A stretch of DNA of 64,000 nt from Bacteroidota bacterium (GTDB lineage Bacteria > Bacteroidota > Bacteroidia > 2-12-FULL-35-15), in the NCBI GenBank assembly GCA_947447995.1, contig CANFLQ010000004.1, positions 2,268-66,267 on the forward strand. The letters run 5' to 3'. A program made the position numbers and the translations under genes. The notes under the pieces were generated by a model. It had not been told where the DNA came from. It ran no database searches and saw only the letters and a program-made list of their open reading frames with translations. Below, one piece after another: positions 62,788 through 64,000 of the stretch (positions are counted from its first letter, which is position 1; the number at the start of each line of letters is the position of its first letter).

Positions 62788-64000
62788 TTAATTTTTGTTA
62801 AATTGATTTACTCCATTTTTTAACCATTCGGCATATTCAGCAATGCCCGACTGATAAAACCTAGGTGGTGATACTGGCTTTTCATTGCCATCTAACAAAA
62901 TATAAAAAGGCAATGCGTTGGTTTTGTAGATACTCTCTTCCATGTATTTGAATTTGTCACCAAGTGTTGTTATTTCATAATTATCACCATTCCAAAACAC
63001 GTTTTCAACGTCTTTTTTATTTAGTGTCAATTTATCATCCACATAAAGTGATACCAATACCACTTCATTATTTAATATGTTTTTTACGGTAGCATCGGGC
63101 CAAATAAAATCTTCTGTTTTTCGGCAATTGGCGCAGGTGTAACCTGTAAAATCAACCAATAATGGTTTGTTCACTTTTTTAGCATAAGCCAATGCGTGTG
63201 CATAATTGTTTGTGAAATGAACTATTCCATTTTTATTGGTTTGAATGTAGGGAGCAAACTCCGGATCGATAAACGATTGACTGTTATTTTTTTCGGCAGC
63301 ACCAAAGCCGTGTGGCGATTCAGAATATTCGAGCGGAGGCAATACTCCGCTCAATAATTTTAAAGGCGCACCCCATAAGCCCGGAATTAAATAAATAGTA
63401 AAAGAAAGAGAAATTAACGTAACAAATATTCGGGCAACCGAAAGGTGCTTTACTTCGCTATCGTGCGATGTTTTAAAGCCTCCTAACAAATAAATACTCA
63501 TTAATGTAAAAACACCAATCCAAAGGGTAATGAATACTTCACGCGTAAGTATGCCTAAATGATAGGCTAAATCAATGTTAGACGCAAATTTTAATGCCAA
63601 TGCCAGTTCTAAAAAACCAAGTGTTACTTTAACAGCATTGAGCCAACCCCCACTTTTGGGAATGGATTTTAACAAGGATGGAAAAAATGCAAAAAAGCCA
63701 AATGGCAATGCCAAACCTGATGAAAAACCAAACATTGCCCAAAATGCACCGCTTGTATTTTGCGATGTAGATGCTGCCACCAAAGCATTACCAACCATTG
63801 GTCCCGTGCAGGAAAACGATACTACTACCAATGTAAGCGCCATAAAAAAGATGCCCATAAAACCACCTTTATCGCTTTGCGCATCAATTTTATTTACAAA
63901 CTTTGATGGCAATACAATTTCAAATGCTCCTAAAAACGATGCGGCAAAAAGTAGTAATAAAATAAAAACCACACCATTAAAACCTACACTGCTCGAAAAA
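62788..64000 (-). CDS. DsbD-family thiol:disulfide reductase (TM core plus C-terminal thioredoxin domain), N-terminus beyond the window
   Basis: Multiple TM helices with the CcdA/DsbD-like motif (FSCTGP), then a thioredoxin fold with the CxxC motif FTGYTCANCRK. The reading frame is still open at 64000. The stop is 1 nt from the convergent di-haem gene. Confidence 0.85.
   Translation of the reverse strand, partial: FSSSVGFNGVVFILLLLFAASFLGAFEIVLPSKFVNKIDAQSDKGGFMGIFFMALTLVVVSFSCTGPMVGNALVAASTSQNTSGAFWAMFGFSSGLALPFGFFAFFPSLLKSIPKSGGWLNAVKVTLGFLELALALKFASNIDLAYHLGILTREVFITLWIGVFTLMSIYLLGGFKTSHDSEVKHLSVARIFVTLISLSFTIYLIPGLWGAPLKLLSGVLPPLEYSESPHGFGAAEKNNSQSFIDPEFAPYIQTNKNGIVHFTNNYAHALAYAKKVNKPLLVDFTGYTCANCRKTEDFIWPDATVKNILNNEVVLVSLYVDDKLTLNKKDVENVFWNGDNYEITTLGDKFKYMEESIYKTNALPFYILLDGNEKPVSPPRFYQSGIAEYAEWLKNGVNQFNKN

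Noticed and set aside
1-64000. tRNA, rRNA or other structured RNA genes
   Set aside because: No intergenic segment shows a cloverleaf-compatible arrangement or rRNA-like conserved strings. Most spacers are short and AT-rich. This was not verified with tRNAscan-SE or Infernal.

Overview
AT-rich chromosomal window that looks like Bacteroidota. Evidence: T9SS type A and type B C-terminal sorting domains, a FISUMP lipoprotein, a TonB-dependent receptor with a CarboxypepD_reg N-domain, TAnnTTTG-like -7 boxes and palindromic intergenic repeats. All calls come from reading the ORF track and the DNA by eye. No similarity search, HMM or folding program was run, so family names are motif recognition from memory. 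I support about 55 CDS and see no rRNA, tRNA or CRISPR. Housekeeping content: ppk1-ppx, trmB, aroQ, xerD, ychF, a split transketolase, a trans-sulfuration enzyme, and parE and parC. Four regions deserve attention. (1) 54.1-62.8 kb holds two tandem modules of MbnP-like lipoproteins plus di-haem MbnH/MauG/CCP-type enzymes. They sit with a Met/His-rich outer-membrane barrel, two paralogous small membrane proteins carrying an invariant HCNGKCH motif, a T9SS-sorted CX4CH protein, a secreted HMA protein and a DsbD-type reductase. This is my best candidate for an undescribed metal (probably copper) acquisition or maturation system. (2) 1.2-15.6 kb is a nine-gene minus-strand cluster. Four paralogous secreted proteins share an unnamed ~240-aa N-terminal domain and surround a TonB-dependent receptor; three of the four carry T9SS tails, and cohesin-like and dockerin-like segments are present. 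(3) 47.2-51.4 kb is an accessory island wedged between parE and parC. It carries a RAYT-type Y1 transposase, 18 REP palindromes organised as four MITE-like composite units, a HARE-HTH/PD-(D/E)xK protein, a Fic protein and a DUF1016 nuclease. (4) 17-24 kb has ppk1-ppx co-oriented with a CheY-like receiver and a pseudo-receiver (Asp to Asn), next to a divergent RR/HK pair and an orphan RR paralog. A vWA gene and a PIN toxin-antitoxin pair also separate the two transketolase half-genes.
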